Virus record (IMG/VR): IMGVR_UViG_3300030098_002282
Span: 1-53,236 of that record
DNA from: a virus
Taxonomy: Duplodnaviria; Caudoviricetes
Reading direction: 5' to 3' (one strand)
Length of the DNA: 53,236 nt
Shown here piece after piece: positions 38,584 to 48,596 of the stretch. Under the pieces are notes generated by a model, which ran no database searches, had not been told where the DNA came from, and was given only the letters and a program-made list of their open reading frames with translations. Each line of letters starts with the position of its first letter. The first letter of the stretch is position 1. The position numbers and the translations under genes are program-made.

Positions 38584-39371
38584 TAGTAATCAGCATCTCC
38601 AGCCCAATTAAAGAAAGATTTCAAACCTTCTTTAGCACCTCTATATGGTGAGGACTCTGCTAACCAAGGTGCGGCTGATTCAATAGCATCATCTATTGAT
38701 TTCGCACCACCCCTGATATTACCAACTGCATCTTCACGCTGTTTAGTATTTATATCATATTCAGGTTCAGTAGTTCGTAATCCACCAGTTCCTGCATAAC
38801 TACCAACTATGGTTTCTTCAGGGATAATCCTATCACCACGACCTTCACGACTTGCTAGATGTTCCTTACCTCTGGTATTTATATTACCTTCAGCATTTGG
38901 ATTTTCAGTAAGGTCTGCTACGGATGCATGGTCAGGTCTATAACCACCCTGCATTCTTCTAAGTGCCGCTTCAGTTTTCCTACCAAACATACCATCTTCA
39001 GCAAGAGGACTCCCATCTGCACTTGTAAAACCAGCTTGGTTTAACATTCTTTGCATCTGTCTTACACTCTCTGCATTAGAAGGGTCAAAACCTTTTCTCA
39101 TAGCGTCCATACTCATCATACCACCTTGAGAGCCTTGTTTTAATACACCTTCTGCTGTAGTCTGAGCAACATTTTGTTTTGCTTGTGCATCAGCAGTAGG
39201 AGGTCCAACTTGAGGAGCCGCATTTCTAGCCGCTTGACCAGCCATTTCTGCCTGCTCCATAGGGTATTTTAACCAAGGAGAACCAAGGTCTTCAGTCCTT
39301 TGTCTCTCATCAGCTCTCTTAGCCTTGTAATCGGATGCTCTGTCTTTTAGATAACTTAATATCCTACTCAT
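38583..39371 (-). CDS. Protein with a peptidoglycan-binding (PG_binding_1-like) domain
   Basis: SVRQMQRMLNQAGF...EDGMFGRKTEAALRRMQ. Confidence 0.7.
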   Translation of the reverse strand: MSRILSYLKDRASDYKAKRADERQRTEDLGSPWLKYPMEQAEMAGQAARNAAPQVGPPTADAQAKQNVAQTTAEGVLKQGSQGGMMSMDAMRKGFDPSNAESVRQMQRMLNQAGFTSADGSPLAEDGMFGRKTEAALRRMQGGYRPDHASVADLTENPNAEGNINTRGKEHLASREGRGDRIIPEETIVGSYAGTGGLRTTEPEYDINTKQREDAVGNIRGGAKSIDDAIESAAPWLAESSPYRGAKEGLKSFFNWAGDADY

Positions 39372-39496
39372 TTTTTACTCCGTTTAGTTTTAGGCTTTGT
39401 CTTAGTTACAGTTCTCCTGCTATTGTTATTAGTATCATCATTGCCAGATTGCCAAGGACCACCAACGCTATTAGAAGTAACCATTCCTTTAGACAT
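39368..39496 (-). CDS. Small basic protein, 42 aa (not in track)
   Basis: TAATG and ATGA coupled; GAGG RBS. Confidence 0.55.
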   Translation of the reverse strand: MSKGMVTSNSVGGPWQSGNDDTNNNSRRTVTKTKPKTKRSKK

Positions 39497-39597
39497 TATT
39501 TGCCTCTTTTATTGTAAACGCCCCTAGTCACTTTAGGCTTAGCCTTTTTTGCAACTTTTTCTTTTGGAGCTTTTACTTTAGTTTCTTTTTTTGCCAT
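39496..39597 (-). CDS. Small Lys-rich protein, 33 aa (not in track)
   Basis: AAGG RBS; MAKKETKVKAPKEKVAKKAKPKVTRGVYNKRGK. Confidence 0.55.
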   Translation of the reverse strand: MAKKETKVKAPKEKVAKKAKPKVTRGVYNKRGK

Positions 39598-39619
39598 TGT
39601 TTTACCTTTAAGTTAGGAA

Positions 39620-39643
39620 TGAGGGGTAGAAAACTACCCCTCA
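39620..39643 (-). terminator. Hairpin downstream of the major capsid gene
   Basis: TGAGGGGTAG-AAAA-CTACCCCTCA perfect 10-bp stem; weak U tract. Confidence 0.6.
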
Positions 39644-39662
39644 AACCAAGTTAAGCCAGCTA

Positions 39663-41078
39663 TTACGCCCACTTCAGAATAGCGTGAGTTTCAGGAAGTT
39701 GAATCTCTAAACCGGCTTCGGTTAAGACGATATCTTTTCTTCCGTCCACATTGTTATTCTGAACATTGGTTATAATATGTGTATCACGATTGACACCATT
39801 ACCGGCTAATGGGCGATAGTTAACATTCTTCATGTCAACCATAACCGCATAATCTTCGTACATACCTCTAAATAAAGGCTCTGCAACAAAGTGAAGATTA
39901 CCATAAATGGTATTAACTGTAGATACATTGTGACCAAATGCACCCTTCACATTCTGAATATCAAGTGCGTAGGCATTAGAACCACCGTTGGTGGTTGCTG
40001 TATGTCCTAGTGCAACTGTGTTACCCAAGAATGAGTCAGCACCGAGTTTGTTTAACCAAGTGATAACTTTCCTTGAAGCAAGTACAAGTTTATTTCCACT
40101 GTTACCAGATTCTGGTGCGAAAATATCTTCCATTGCTGTTAGGAAATCATCGTAGGTTGAACTAGCATATGTAAAAGATTTAATCTTTCCATACCTCTCA
40201 GTATAAGGCAAGATTCCCCAAGAGCGTCTTACAGGACCAGTTGATGTAGAATCATCAGAGCCAATACCAAACAGCATAGCGTGTTCGATATCCATCTTAT
40301 GTTCCATTAACTTTTCCTGCCAAACTCTCTTGTACTCATCAGCCTTACCACGATAGCGTGTAGCCATTGCGGTACCTGAGAACATAGGTATAGCAGTTTT
40401 AAAAATCTGTACATATCCTTCACGGTCGTACATTTCGTCCTTCCAACCTTCAGGGTCAGTACCACCTTCTGCGAAAGCACTACCAATTACCTGACCTTTA
40501 CCATCTGCTTCCACTTTAATCTTCGAAGCGTTAGCAGGTGTAATTGCACCTGTTCCCGGCTTTGAAAGTGAAATAAATGAAAGGACAAGTCCTGAAGCGG
40601 CGGCATCCCCTGCTAAATCAGGGTCTGCGTCTATTTTGAATGTTGCGTGATGCACATCTGTGGCATATGTACTACCATCTGAGGCATACTTACATTCAAC
40701 TTGAATTAACTGGTCTTTTAACAAGAACAGTGGTTGAACTGCTGTTGACACAGTCCGTCCATATTTGTCATAAAGACAATCAACTAATACCTTATCGTTA
40801 GAAGCGTAGGCAAAAGCCCCACTTGAATAAGCGGCGGCTACTTCGTTAGTTGTCTTAATCTCAAAGTTACGGCGTTGCCATTGATGACGCTGTTCCAAAA
40901 ATTTGAATACAGGGTCATCCGTGGACTTCTTAGCAACTTTTGAGAGATAGACAAAGAATGGAGACTGGGCTGGTGCCAATTCAGCAACTCTTTCACCGAA
41001 GTTATACATCCGTCTACTATCATTGATAGAAGAAGATTGCATTGCTCCTCCGGCATTTATGCTATATTGATTAGCCAT
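39663..41078 (-). CDS. Major capsid protein
   Basis: Follows the scaffold gene; QIFKT...SGT..A and EHKMDIEHAML motifs; downstream hairpin. Confidence 0.85.
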   Translation of the reverse strand: MANQYSINAGGAMQSSSINDSRRMYNFGERVAELAPAQSPFFVYLSKVAKKSTDDPVFKFLEQRHQWQRRNFEIKTTNEVAAAYSSGAFAYASNDKVLVDCLYDKYGRTVSTAVQPLFLLKDQLIQVECKYASDGSTYATDVHHATFKIDADPDLAGDAAASGLVLSFISLSKPGTGAITPANASKIKVEADGKGQVIGSAFAEGGTDPEGWKDEMYDREGYVQIFKTAIPMFSGTAMATRYRGKADEYKRVWQEKLMEHKMDIEHAMLFGIGSDDSTSTGPVRRSWGILPYTERYGKIKSFTYASSTYDDFLTAMEDIFAPESGNSGNKLVLASRKVITWLNKLGADSFLGNTVALGHTATTNGGSNAYALDIQNVKGAFGHNVSTVNTIYGNLHFVAEPLFRGMYEDYAVMVDMKNVNYRPLAGNGVNRDTHIITNVQNNNVDGRKDIVLTEAGLEIQLPETHAILKWA

Positions 41079-41112
41079 CGTTAGACTCCTAGTCTATGTG
41101 TTTAAGTTACCC

Positions 41113-42030
41113 TTAGGTATTCCAAGGATTTTTACTTTTATAGTCAGTAATTAAATCATCCATAATGATGTCCTCAGCACTTTTAGAGCTCTGTGCCATA
41201 TTAGCACTTGTTTGAACTCCCATAGGTTGAGGCACTGACTGTGCTCTCTGAACTTGGTTAAACGCAGGAGAGGGCTGTGTAGCTTGTGGTGCAGGTACCT
41301 GTCCTTTGTCCATTTGATACAACTTCCATAGGTTTTCAACTGAGAGAGAATCAGGTGAACTCATCTTCTGCACAAAATCTTGAATTTCATCGTCATTGGC
41401 GTTGTAATTCTGTTTCAATTGATTAGCAATAGTGTTCATCTGTTCAGCATTTCGTTGTTCAGCTTCATAGGCTTCTTGCTGTTTCCGTTGAGACTCCTGT
41501 AAGGATTCTCTTTCCAGTCTTAGTAAGTCAGCTTCGTATTCGACTCTATCATGATTCCATTGGTCCATGCTGTCACGATACTGGTCCATCTGGTCCAGAT
41601 ATTGTGCAGATGCACTATTTGGGTCATCAATAGCCTCTGCTCTGTTAAACCCTGCTGGGCGTTGTGGTTTCTCTGGTGAGTCACGAAAAGGCTCGGGCTC
41701 AGGTTCCGTTGGTTCGGGTTGAGCTACAGCTTGATTAGGATTCTTAAGAGTATCCTGTAGAATTTCTACAGTTTGCTTAAGTCTCTCATTCTCATTTTTG
41801 GCTTTATCTGCTTCAGATTGCCAGTACTGGTATCGAACTTCTTCGTTATTTTGTGGTTCAGCATATCTAATCTGTTCATCCACAATAGCAGAACCTTCAG
41901 CCTGTGGAACAGGTTGCTGTTCTGGTGTATTGTCAGCTACAGGATTAAAAGCTTCTTCTATTACACTTTCCTCAGTGAACAGAGAATCCTCCAAATCTGT
42001 TACTTGACCTTGTTGATTTTCTTGAGACAT
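41113..42030 (-). CDS. Capsid scaffolding protein
   Basis: Acidic, Q/P-rich coiled coil between the portal and capsid genes. Confidence 0.75.
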   Translation of the reverse strand: MSQENQQGQVTDLEDSLFTEESVIEEAFNPVADNTPEQQPVPQAEGSAIVDEQIRYAEPQNNEEVRYQYWQSEADKAKNENERLKQTVEILQDTLKNPNQAVAQPEPTEPEPEPFRDSPEKPQRPAGFNRAEAIDDPNSASAQYLDQMDQYRDSMDQWNHDRVEYEADLLRLERESLQESQRKQQEAYEAEQRNAEQMNTIANQLKQNYNANDDEIQDFVQKMSSPDSLSVENLWKLYQMDKGQVPAPQATQPSPAFNQVQRAQSVPQPMGVQTSANMAQSSKSAEDIIMDDLITDYKSKNPWNT

Positions 42031-42074
42031 ATCAATAGTTCCTCAATATGGAGCCCATCTAGTGCTGGGGTATC

Positions 42075-44225
42075 CTATTTTTTGCCAGCATCTTTCTTCG
42101 CTCTTTTGATTTCAGATGCTATTTCACTAGTAGCGTCATCAAGTCTTTTCTCATATAAGGTTCCTGCGGCTTTTGCACGGTTAGAAGTCTTATCGAGGTC
42201 AGCCTTGAATTTTTCAACTTCAACTCTTTGCTTGAGATTGACATTTTCTCTATCTCTAGTTTGCATATCACCTTGCAATTGTTTAATCTGTTCTTCAGCA
42301 CCTTGCAATTGTGATTGTAACTGTTCAATAGTATCAGTTCTTGTAAGAACACCTTCGACATCAAATATCTCAGTTTTCTTTAGAACTTCTTCTTTGTCTA
42401 TGATGCCATTCTTATAAGCATCCATATACATCTCGAGTTGAGCAAATCTATTTGTAGGTAATGTAGAACCTGTAACTATTACAGCATCATACCTACCAAT
42501 TCCTATGTCGTTCCACTTTTGTACTGAATCAGTAAAGTCGTCATAGTAATTTTTATTTATTAAATATTCGCTGGTCGTATTGTTAGGTTGCACCAGACGG
42601 ATAACTTTTTCTTCTTGGTACAATTGTTGCATAAGTGGGATTGCAACAGCACACACCCGACTCAGACCAGCTTCGATATCAGCTAATTTTGACTTTATCT
42701 TTCTTTGACCGAAGTCATCAATAGATACAGTTGCCTTATAAGTATGAGGGGCGGCTTGAGAATTACCCATCATTAACTCATATAGTCCTAGCTGATGGTC
42801 AATGTCTGATTTAGCAGTTTGTTCGTTTTGATATAACTCATTAGGTAGTGGAAGAGGTTGAACTGGCTGTGGTGCTCCTTGGTCAAAATCAACCTCTATA
42901 GCAACACCGGGTTGAGACCATTTAGATTCAAACTCTCTCATGTCAACAGAACCTGCTGGGACTAAAATTTTTACATTTGTACTTGTAGTAGCGTGTGCAA
43001 TTATCAAAGACCGTGTCTTATTTATATATTCTTGCATATCCTTACACATTCTAATATCAGACATCGGATAAGGTGTCCTAGTGTGGATATTCATAAAAGG
43101 CACTATTGGATAGTGCTCAATTGGAAGAACTCTTTTATAGAGGAGTTGGTCTCCCATAACTACTACTTGACATACTCTGCATACATCTATTTGAACAACC
43201 TTAATTAAACCCTCTTTTATAAACTGACCTATGGTAACTTGTTCTATTGTAGGCTCTGGAGGAAGCTCGTTAGGTGGAACACCTTGTTGTTCAGCTTGTT
43301 GCAACATCTGAGAATGAGCTTCTAATAGTTTTTGCATAGTAAGTTGAGCAACATCTTTGCGAACAAAAGGTCTTCCTTCTATTAACCAAGCAGGTTGTTG
43401 TATATAGTTCTCAAATTCGTCATCTTCCATTACCGCTTCCCTACCAGTAAATGTTTCATGAATACGATATCTTTTAACTATCATCTTATAATATCTTTCA
43501 TAACCTCTTACATATTCTGAACTATTACCAAGAGCATTATCGGTCATTGTTTCAGTATCTTCTGGAAAAATAGCCTTACCATCATACTCTCTTCCAGTAT
43601 TAGGTCTGTCAGATGTCCTATCTGATGTAGCATTCTTTATTTTAGTATCATACATTGGATACATTTTTTGAGCCTGTTCTTTAGTGAACATTCTTGAAAC
43701 AATGATATTCTCTGCATCATCGCAGAATCTGTCTCTTGAGTTAGGGTCAATATATACATCTAACGGGTCTATATCCTTTATGCAAACCTCACCCTTTGAA
43801 TTGTCTTTCATTGGGTCTTGATAACACATCATAATTCCCATACCTGAGACATAGTAATCATCAACAACATTCCTTAGTACGCTTACCCCATCTGATATAT
43901 CCCACATATAAGCGAGTAATCCATTTATCATTTGAGCAACTTGGTTATCACTATCCTCTCTAGGTGATACCCTGAATTGAGGGCGATTAGCAGTTAGCAA
44001 AGCCTTAGCCATTTCAACTGCAGGATGAAGCCTATTTACTACAATTGGAGCTTGACCACGCTCTTTTAATACACGAGCTTGCTCTTTTGTCCATTGTTGT
44101 CCTAATCTAAATTCTCTATCTTCTTGAGCTTGGATAGCCCATTTTTCACGGTTATTAGAATAGTCCGTAAACAGTTTTTGGGTGGATTCCACCAAATCTT
44201 TAGGGGATTTATTTTTCTCAGCCAT
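42075..44225 (-). CDS. Portal protein (P22-like)
   Basis: EDREFRLGQQW...PIVVNRL motif, C-terminal coiled-coil barrel; follows the terminase gene. Confidence 0.9.
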   Translation of the reverse strand: MAEKNKSPKDLVESTQKLFTDYSNNREKWAIQAQEDREFRLGQQWTKEQARVLKERGQAPIVVNRLHPAVEMAKALLTANRPQFRVSPREDSDNQVAQMINGLLAYMWDISDGVSVLRNVVDDYYVSGMGIMMCYQDPMKDNSKGEVCIKDIDPLDVYIDPNSRDRFCDDAENIIVSRMFTKEQAQKMYPMYDTKIKNATSDRTSDRPNTGREYDGKAIFPEDTETMTDNALGNSSEYVRGYERYYKMIVKRYRIHETFTGREAVMEDDEFENYIQQPAWLIEGRPFVRKDVAQLTMQKLLEAHSQMLQQAEQQGVPPNELPPEPTIEQVTIGQFIKEGLIKVVQIDVCRVCQVVVMGDQLLYKRVLPIEHYPIVPFMNIHTRTPYPMSDIRMCKDMQEYINKTRSLIIAHATTSTNVKILVPAGSVDMREFESKWSQPGVAIEVDFDQGAPQPVQPLPLPNELYQNEQTAKSDIDHQLGLYELMMGNSQAAPHTYKATVSIDDFGQRKIKSKLADIEAGLSRVCAVAIPLMQQLYQEEKVIRLVQPNNTTSEYLINKNYYDDFTDSVQKWNDIGIGRYDAVIVTGSTLPTNRFAQLEMYMDAYKNGIIDKEEVLKKTEIFDVEGVLTRTDTIEQLQSQLQGAEEQIKQLQGDMQTRDRENVNLKQRVEVEKFKADLDKTSNRAKAAGTLYEKRLDDATSEIASEIKRAKKDAGKK

Positions 44226-44249
44226 AGTTATCCTGTCAATAAATTAAGG

Positions 44250-45749
44250 TTACATCGTCATCCAGTCAAGTACTTTCTTTCCAAATCCTTCTTGTTCATC
44301 TATTTTAACAAATTCTTTTCTCCTGCTTGGTCTTGAACCATCTAAAGCAGTCCATACTGCATCCATTACATCGTCATGCTTACCTCTAGGATATGATAAA
44401 AACTCTGATTGTGCCTCAATATCTTGAGGTCTAAAGAAAAATTGTTTTTTTGCAAGAAGTGGGACCATCGAAAGTAATCGCTCTGATTTTCTATTTCTGG
44501 GTTTAACGCCTTTCTCCAGTCCGGGGATGTATAATCCTTCTTCTTGCATTTGTTTTCTAACAGCACTTCTTAGTGCTTCTTGATAGGCAACGGTTTCTAT
44601 TTTCATTCTTTTGGGTTTATATTTTTTATATTGCTTAATAATAGCATCAGGTTGTTCAGCAGGGTCGATTTTTGTTCTAACCAAGTTTATCATATAGACA
44701 TTACCCTCGTTACATATCCCTAATGTTGCAATAACAAAAAAGTCAGCTTTCAATGATAGGGAAGATGCTGGGTCTACACCAGAGTATACTGCTACTGGTT
44801 TCAACTCTTCCTTATCGTCAGGTAATTTTTTAACAAGTAGAGCCTGTCCATCTCTAATCTCAAAATCATAATGATGTATCTGGATGTATTCAGGTTTAAA
44901 TGGAGAATCTTCAGGAGACTGTGCTATATTCATATACTCCTGATAGAAGCCATTAAGATTACCTACACTGGCAAACTCGTCTTTTATTTGTAAAATTCTC
45001 TCTCTAGGGAATCTTGCTTCCCATAAGCTTTTTTCGTCATCATCCCATATAGAATACCACAGAACATCCCAAGCAGGTGATTCTTTAGCCCAGCATAAAA
45101 AACAATCTTCTGAGATAACTGTGCCAATCATCGCAATTCTACCATCATCGCTTAATGATGGTATAACCGCTTCGGTTATCCATTTACGGTTCTTAGCTCT
45201 AGCTTCAGGAGTAAATGCGTTCAGCTCTGATTCAAAATCGTCAATAATGATGAGATTAGGTCTAGTGTCACCCTCAATAAATCCCCTAACTCGTTGACCA
45301 GTGCCCACAGCAATAATACGAGCACCATTTGCAAGAATAATATCATTATTAGTCCACCTACGAGCAGTGGAAGGACCCATGTCCCCAAAGTTTTCTGAGA
45401 AGGTTTTAGAATGTGAAAGATGATATTTTATCCTAGAGAGAAAGTTGACAGATTGGCTTTGACTTTCTGATATAATAACGATGAATAAGTCTTCATCTTC
45501 GGATTTAAATGCGACCTTCCATAAGGGGTAAATGAGAGAAACAGTAGTAGACTTAGCAGTGCCACGGGGAGCCGCAACCAAAAGCCTCCGCTTAGCCTCA
45601 TTCCTAAGATGGGAATATAGTTCAGTGTGAAAAGGAGGAATATCCCTGTTAAGAGCAGTAGGGAAACACACTTTCCCAAAAAGACCAATACTTTCCCTAA
45701 ACTTCTTAAGAACCTGAAGTTTCTGATATTTCTCCTCGTAATTCTCCAT
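44250..45749 (-). CDS. terL: Terminase large subunit
   Basis: Walker A APRGTAKST, Walker B IIIDDFE, nuclease GVDPA and HDDVMDA. Confidence 0.95.
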   Translation of the reverse strand: MENYEEKYQKLQVLKKFRESIGLFGKVCFPTALNRDIPPFHTELYSHLRNEAKRRLLVAAPRGTAKSTTVSLIYPLWKVAFKSEDEDLFIVIISESQSQSVNFLSRIKYHLSHSKTFSENFGDMGPSTARRWTNNDIILANGARIIAVGTGQRVRGFIEGDTRPNLIIIDDFESELNAFTPEARAKNRKWITEAVIPSLSDDGRIAMIGTVISEDCFLCWAKESPAWDVLWYSIWDDDEKSLWEARFPRERILQIKDEFASVGNLNGFYQEYMNIAQSPEDSPFKPEYIQIHHYDFEIRDGQALLVKKLPDDKEELKPVAVYSGVDPASSLSLKADFFVIATLGICNEGNVYMINLVRTKIDPAEQPDAIIKQYKKYKPKRMKIETVAYQEALRSAVRKQMQEEGLYIPGLEKGVKPRNRKSERLLSMVPLLAKKQFFFRPQDIEAQSEFLSYPRGKHDDVMDAVWTALDGSRPSRRKEFVKIDEQEGFGKKVLDWMTM

Positions 45750-46518
45750 TTCCTTCCGTTGTTTCTGTTAGTTTCAACTTTTGTTCCTCCTCCAGAACAT
45801 CGGCTATTAGTTTCTTAGTTGATACACCCTCTATAGACCTAGTGGTCTTTATAGTGTCTTTATCGTCCATACCATGTAATGACATAAGCTTTTCTGTTGC
45901 TCTCATCATATTAGTAACATCTTTCTTATCTCTTGCCATTTGTATGGCTTCTTCCAGCAATTCCATAACATACTCACGGTCTTTACCAGAATCTTTTAAT
46001 AATACATCTAATTCTTCTCTTACCACTTTCTTAAACTCCTCTGTTCTAATTCTTCGTTTCCAGCGTCTTCTTTGCTGGGGAGTTGTTTGACCCATGACCA
46101 TATCAATAGCAAGGTCAGCATCAAAGTTGGTAGAAACATATGCGAGGGCAAGATTTTTCCACCTTTCGGAACGAGACTGTACTTCAAGGGCTGGTTTCCC
46201 AGAGAGGGTCCAAGGCGTTGACCTGCCCTCAGCATAAAATTTCTGTGTTTTATAGTTTGGATTGTGCATAATGTAACCATATGGGGTACGAATATATAAT
46301 GTTGGTTGATTTCTATCTGATTCATATTTTTTTCTTTTTAATACTATAGCAACATAATCATCGTCAGAAACGCAGTATTCTCCCTCTTGAGCGTCTTTCC
46401 AGTGTTTGCATGGAATCCCCTCTTCTTTTGCTTCCTTTAGGGTGTACACCGGGTACGACTTTCGACCCTTCTTGTGATTTATGCTTATCTCGAACACAAT
46501 CGTCACATAATCCCTCAC
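45706..46518 (-). CDS. Probable terminase small subunit
   Basis: Immediately upstream of terL; helical C-terminal oligomerisation-like region. Confidence 0.6.
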   Translation of the reverse strand: MRDYVTIVFEISINHKKGRKSYPVYTLKEAKEEGIPCKHWKDAQEGEYCVSDDDYVAIVLKRKKYESDRNQPTLYIRTPYGYIMHNPNYKTQKFYAEGRSTPWTLSGKPALEVQSRSERWKNLALAYVSTNFDADLAIDMVMGQTTPQQRRRWKRRIRTEEFKKVVREELDVLLKDSGKDREYVMELLEEAIQMARDKKDVTNMMRATEKLMSLHGMDDKDTIKTTRSIEGVSTKKLIADVLEEEQKLKLTETTEGNGELRGEISETSGS

Positions 46519-46567
46519 TATTCATTGTTGGCTTATCACATCCGTGACAATGAAATGGTGTAGGCAT
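46364..46567 (-). CDS. Small Zn-finger protein
   Basis: CHGC...CDDC; its 3' part overlaps the terS-like gene. Confidence 0.5.
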   Translation of the reverse strand: MPTPFHCHGCDKPTMNSEGLCDDCVRDKHKSQEGSKVVPGVHPKGSKRRGDSMQTLERRSRGRILRF

Positions 46568-46573
46568 TACTCT

Positions 46574-46837
46574 TTAATAGTCCCTCATGTAGCCATCGTT
46601 GCTATATTTACCTACCCTTTCTTCTAATTTAAGAAGTTCAGTTGACAAATAAACACAGGCGTCTAATAGTTCCTCTAATGTCTCTCTAATCATATTTCGT
46701 CCATCCTCAAACTGCATTTCCTGTTTATACTTCTTTTGACCAACTTCTAGTCTATCAGCTATTAGCTTTACAATTTTTTCATTAGTACCTTTTATTACAG
46801 TAAAATCAGACACGGACCGCCCTCCTGAACCATCCAT
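46574..46837 (-). CDS. All-alpha NTP pyrophosphatase (MazG-like) family small protein
   Basis: R...G.KKY...LEELLDACVYL (EExxD). Confidence 0.55.
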   Translation of the reverse strand: MDGSGGRSVSDFTVIKGTNEKIVKLIADRLEVGQKKYKQEMQFEDGRNMIRETLEELLDACVYLSTELLKLEERVGKYSNDGYMRDY

Positions 46838-47288
46838 ACCAGAATTTCTCTTGTTTTTCGTCTTTACACACTATCTCAGCAAACTTTAGTACTCTATAAG
46901 CCCTAAGTCTCTCTGTTTCTAGCTTTTTTATAGCCTTTAATGTCTTAGGACCTACAAAGCCATCCACTACAACACTGTCTTTATACTTACCATTGATAGC
47001 GTGTTGGAGTACTCTACCAGCACCCCTTGGTCCAAAGTTGACAACCATATCAAAATACAACTCTTGTAGCCTTTCTGGAACAAGATATGCCTTTGATGGT
47101 TTCCAATACTTTTCGTGATATATATAAGTAGCCCTTTCCTTCGTTAGATTCTTTATATCCTCCTCAGGAAAAGCTCTTCTAGAGATTCCCATATTAGTTT
47201 CTCCCCCTTTATCTGTGGGGTCATCAACATATCCTCCCTCGTGATGAAGAACTGTCTCTATTATCCTTTCAAAGTTCTCTGAATACAT
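46806..47288 (-). CDS. Endolysin, glycoside hydrolase family 108
   Basis: HEGGYVDDPTDKGGETNMGI; DGFVGPKT; C-terminal FWYGWFRR. Confidence 0.9.
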   Translation of the reverse strand: MYSENFERIIETVLHHEGGYVDDPTDKGGETNMGISRRAFPEEDIKNLTKERATYIYHEKYWKPSKAYLVPERLQELYFDMVVNFGPRGAGRVLQHAINGKYKDSVVVDGFVGPKTLKAIKKLETERLRAYRVLKFAEIVCKDEKQEKFWYGWFRRAVRV

Positions 47289-47354
47289 AGATACTCCTTT
47301 AGTAAAATATGATATAACCTAAGAAAATACAACTTACTGCTAAAATACGCCAAT

Positions 47355-47657
47355 TTAACTGTTTTCTGCAACAACATTATCAATAGGTATAGTATTTTCA
47401 TTGTTTTCCTCCTGTAATTTCTTAGCTTTCTCTAGTTTGCTCTTCACATACTCAGCAAACTCATCATCTTTACCCATCATCTCTACAAACATAGAAAAAA
47501 CAGCAAAGAAATCCTGGACTTGGTTATATAATCCGTTGAATTTAGGGATGATATCTCTTAAAGCTTGTTCGTGCATACGAATAGCCTTATCCCTGTCCTT
47601 ATTAGTAGGTTTTTTACCCTTGGTACTAGCCATTATAGCCTCCTTAGTCTCGTTCAT
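47355..47657 (-). CDS. Hypothetical protein
   Basis: AAGGAGG RBS before the internal MASTK start. Confidence 0.7.
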   Translation of the reverse strand: MNETKEAIMASTKGKKPTNKDRDKAIRMHEQALRDIIPKFNGLYNQVQDFFAVFSMFVEMMGKDDEFAEYVKSKLEKAKKLQEENNENTIPIDNVVAENS

Positions 47658-47737
47658 TACTATCTTAGGTAGCTAAGAAATCTAAGGACTATACTTGTTA
47701 AAGAAAACCTTAATTCTTAGCTAACTAGGTAGGCTTG

Positions 47738-47766
47738 AAGCTAAGGTCTATTAGCTAGTGTGTCAA
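47738..47766 (-). promoter_or_regulatory. Sigma70-like promoter pointing into the late block
   Basis: TTGACA-17 bp-TAGCTT on the - strand. Confidence 0.55.
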
Positions 47767-47992
47767 GTGTTTTTGGTACTATTTTTAAATTTTCATACTC
47801 CATATGGTACCAGCAGTACTTTTTTCCTTCCTTTAGGTCTAGAAACCAGTGTTCTGCTCCATCACTAGAAATTATCTCTTGAAATATAGTATTAACCACC
47901 TCACCCTTTTCAAAAATCGGGTTGACAGGTTCCCCTTTACCAAGAATCCCTCCAAAAATAATACAAAATAACGATATTGTAACGATTTTCAT
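47741..47992 (-). CDS. Hypothetical secreted/membrane protein
   Basis: Signal-like N-terminus; internal repeat KGEPVNPIF/KGEVVNTIF; no SD, with a TATAAT just upstream (possibly leaderless). Confidence 0.45.
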   Translation of the reverse strand: MKIVTISLFCIIFGGILGKGEPVNPIFEKGEVVNTIFQEIISSDGAEHWFLDLKEGKKYCWYHMEYENLKIVPKTLDTLANRP

Positions 47993-48596
47993 AGCATGAA
48001 ATTATAAAGATAAAACCGTTGAAAAAAGAACCATTTGTCAAAACTAAAACTAGAATGGGAGTTCTTGATATACACCAGCGTGCACCCCGTCAAGTTTCAC
48101 TTGGTAGGGGGTCCACTTAGGTTGAGAGTTAGCACATATAGTATTATGTCACACATCATAGCTTAACAGCACACTATCATAGGCTGGTAATACACTAGCA
48201 CTAGCAGTGTGCTTACTATGAGTGTACCATACAGGCATTGTCCTTATATGTACTATACCTACACCCTATGCCTACAGGAATAAGGACTCTTTCGTAGACA
48301 TACGGCTCGGCTAACTCCAAGGCTCGTCCCTCGCTCACCCTCAGTGTACCTATCCTACCTAGTACTACCGTACTAGTAAACAAGTAAAACTCTAGCGGTG
48401 CACGAACGCACTCTCTTCAGTCGTGCTCTGGGTTAGATGACCTGTCCCCTACTTGCTATCAGCAATAGATTTGTTCTATTAATTGTGGTGTTTCCTCAAT
48501 TCAATAGACCAATGACTTGCAGTCGTATCCCTGATACGCCGGCTCATCGGACTAGCCGTTGGAATAGTCCATTATAACTGTAATACAGGATAAAGC

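Noticed and set aside
9787-47992. Alternative genetic code as in some crAss-like phages
   Set aside because: Long ORFs are intact under the standard code and all three stop codons are used.
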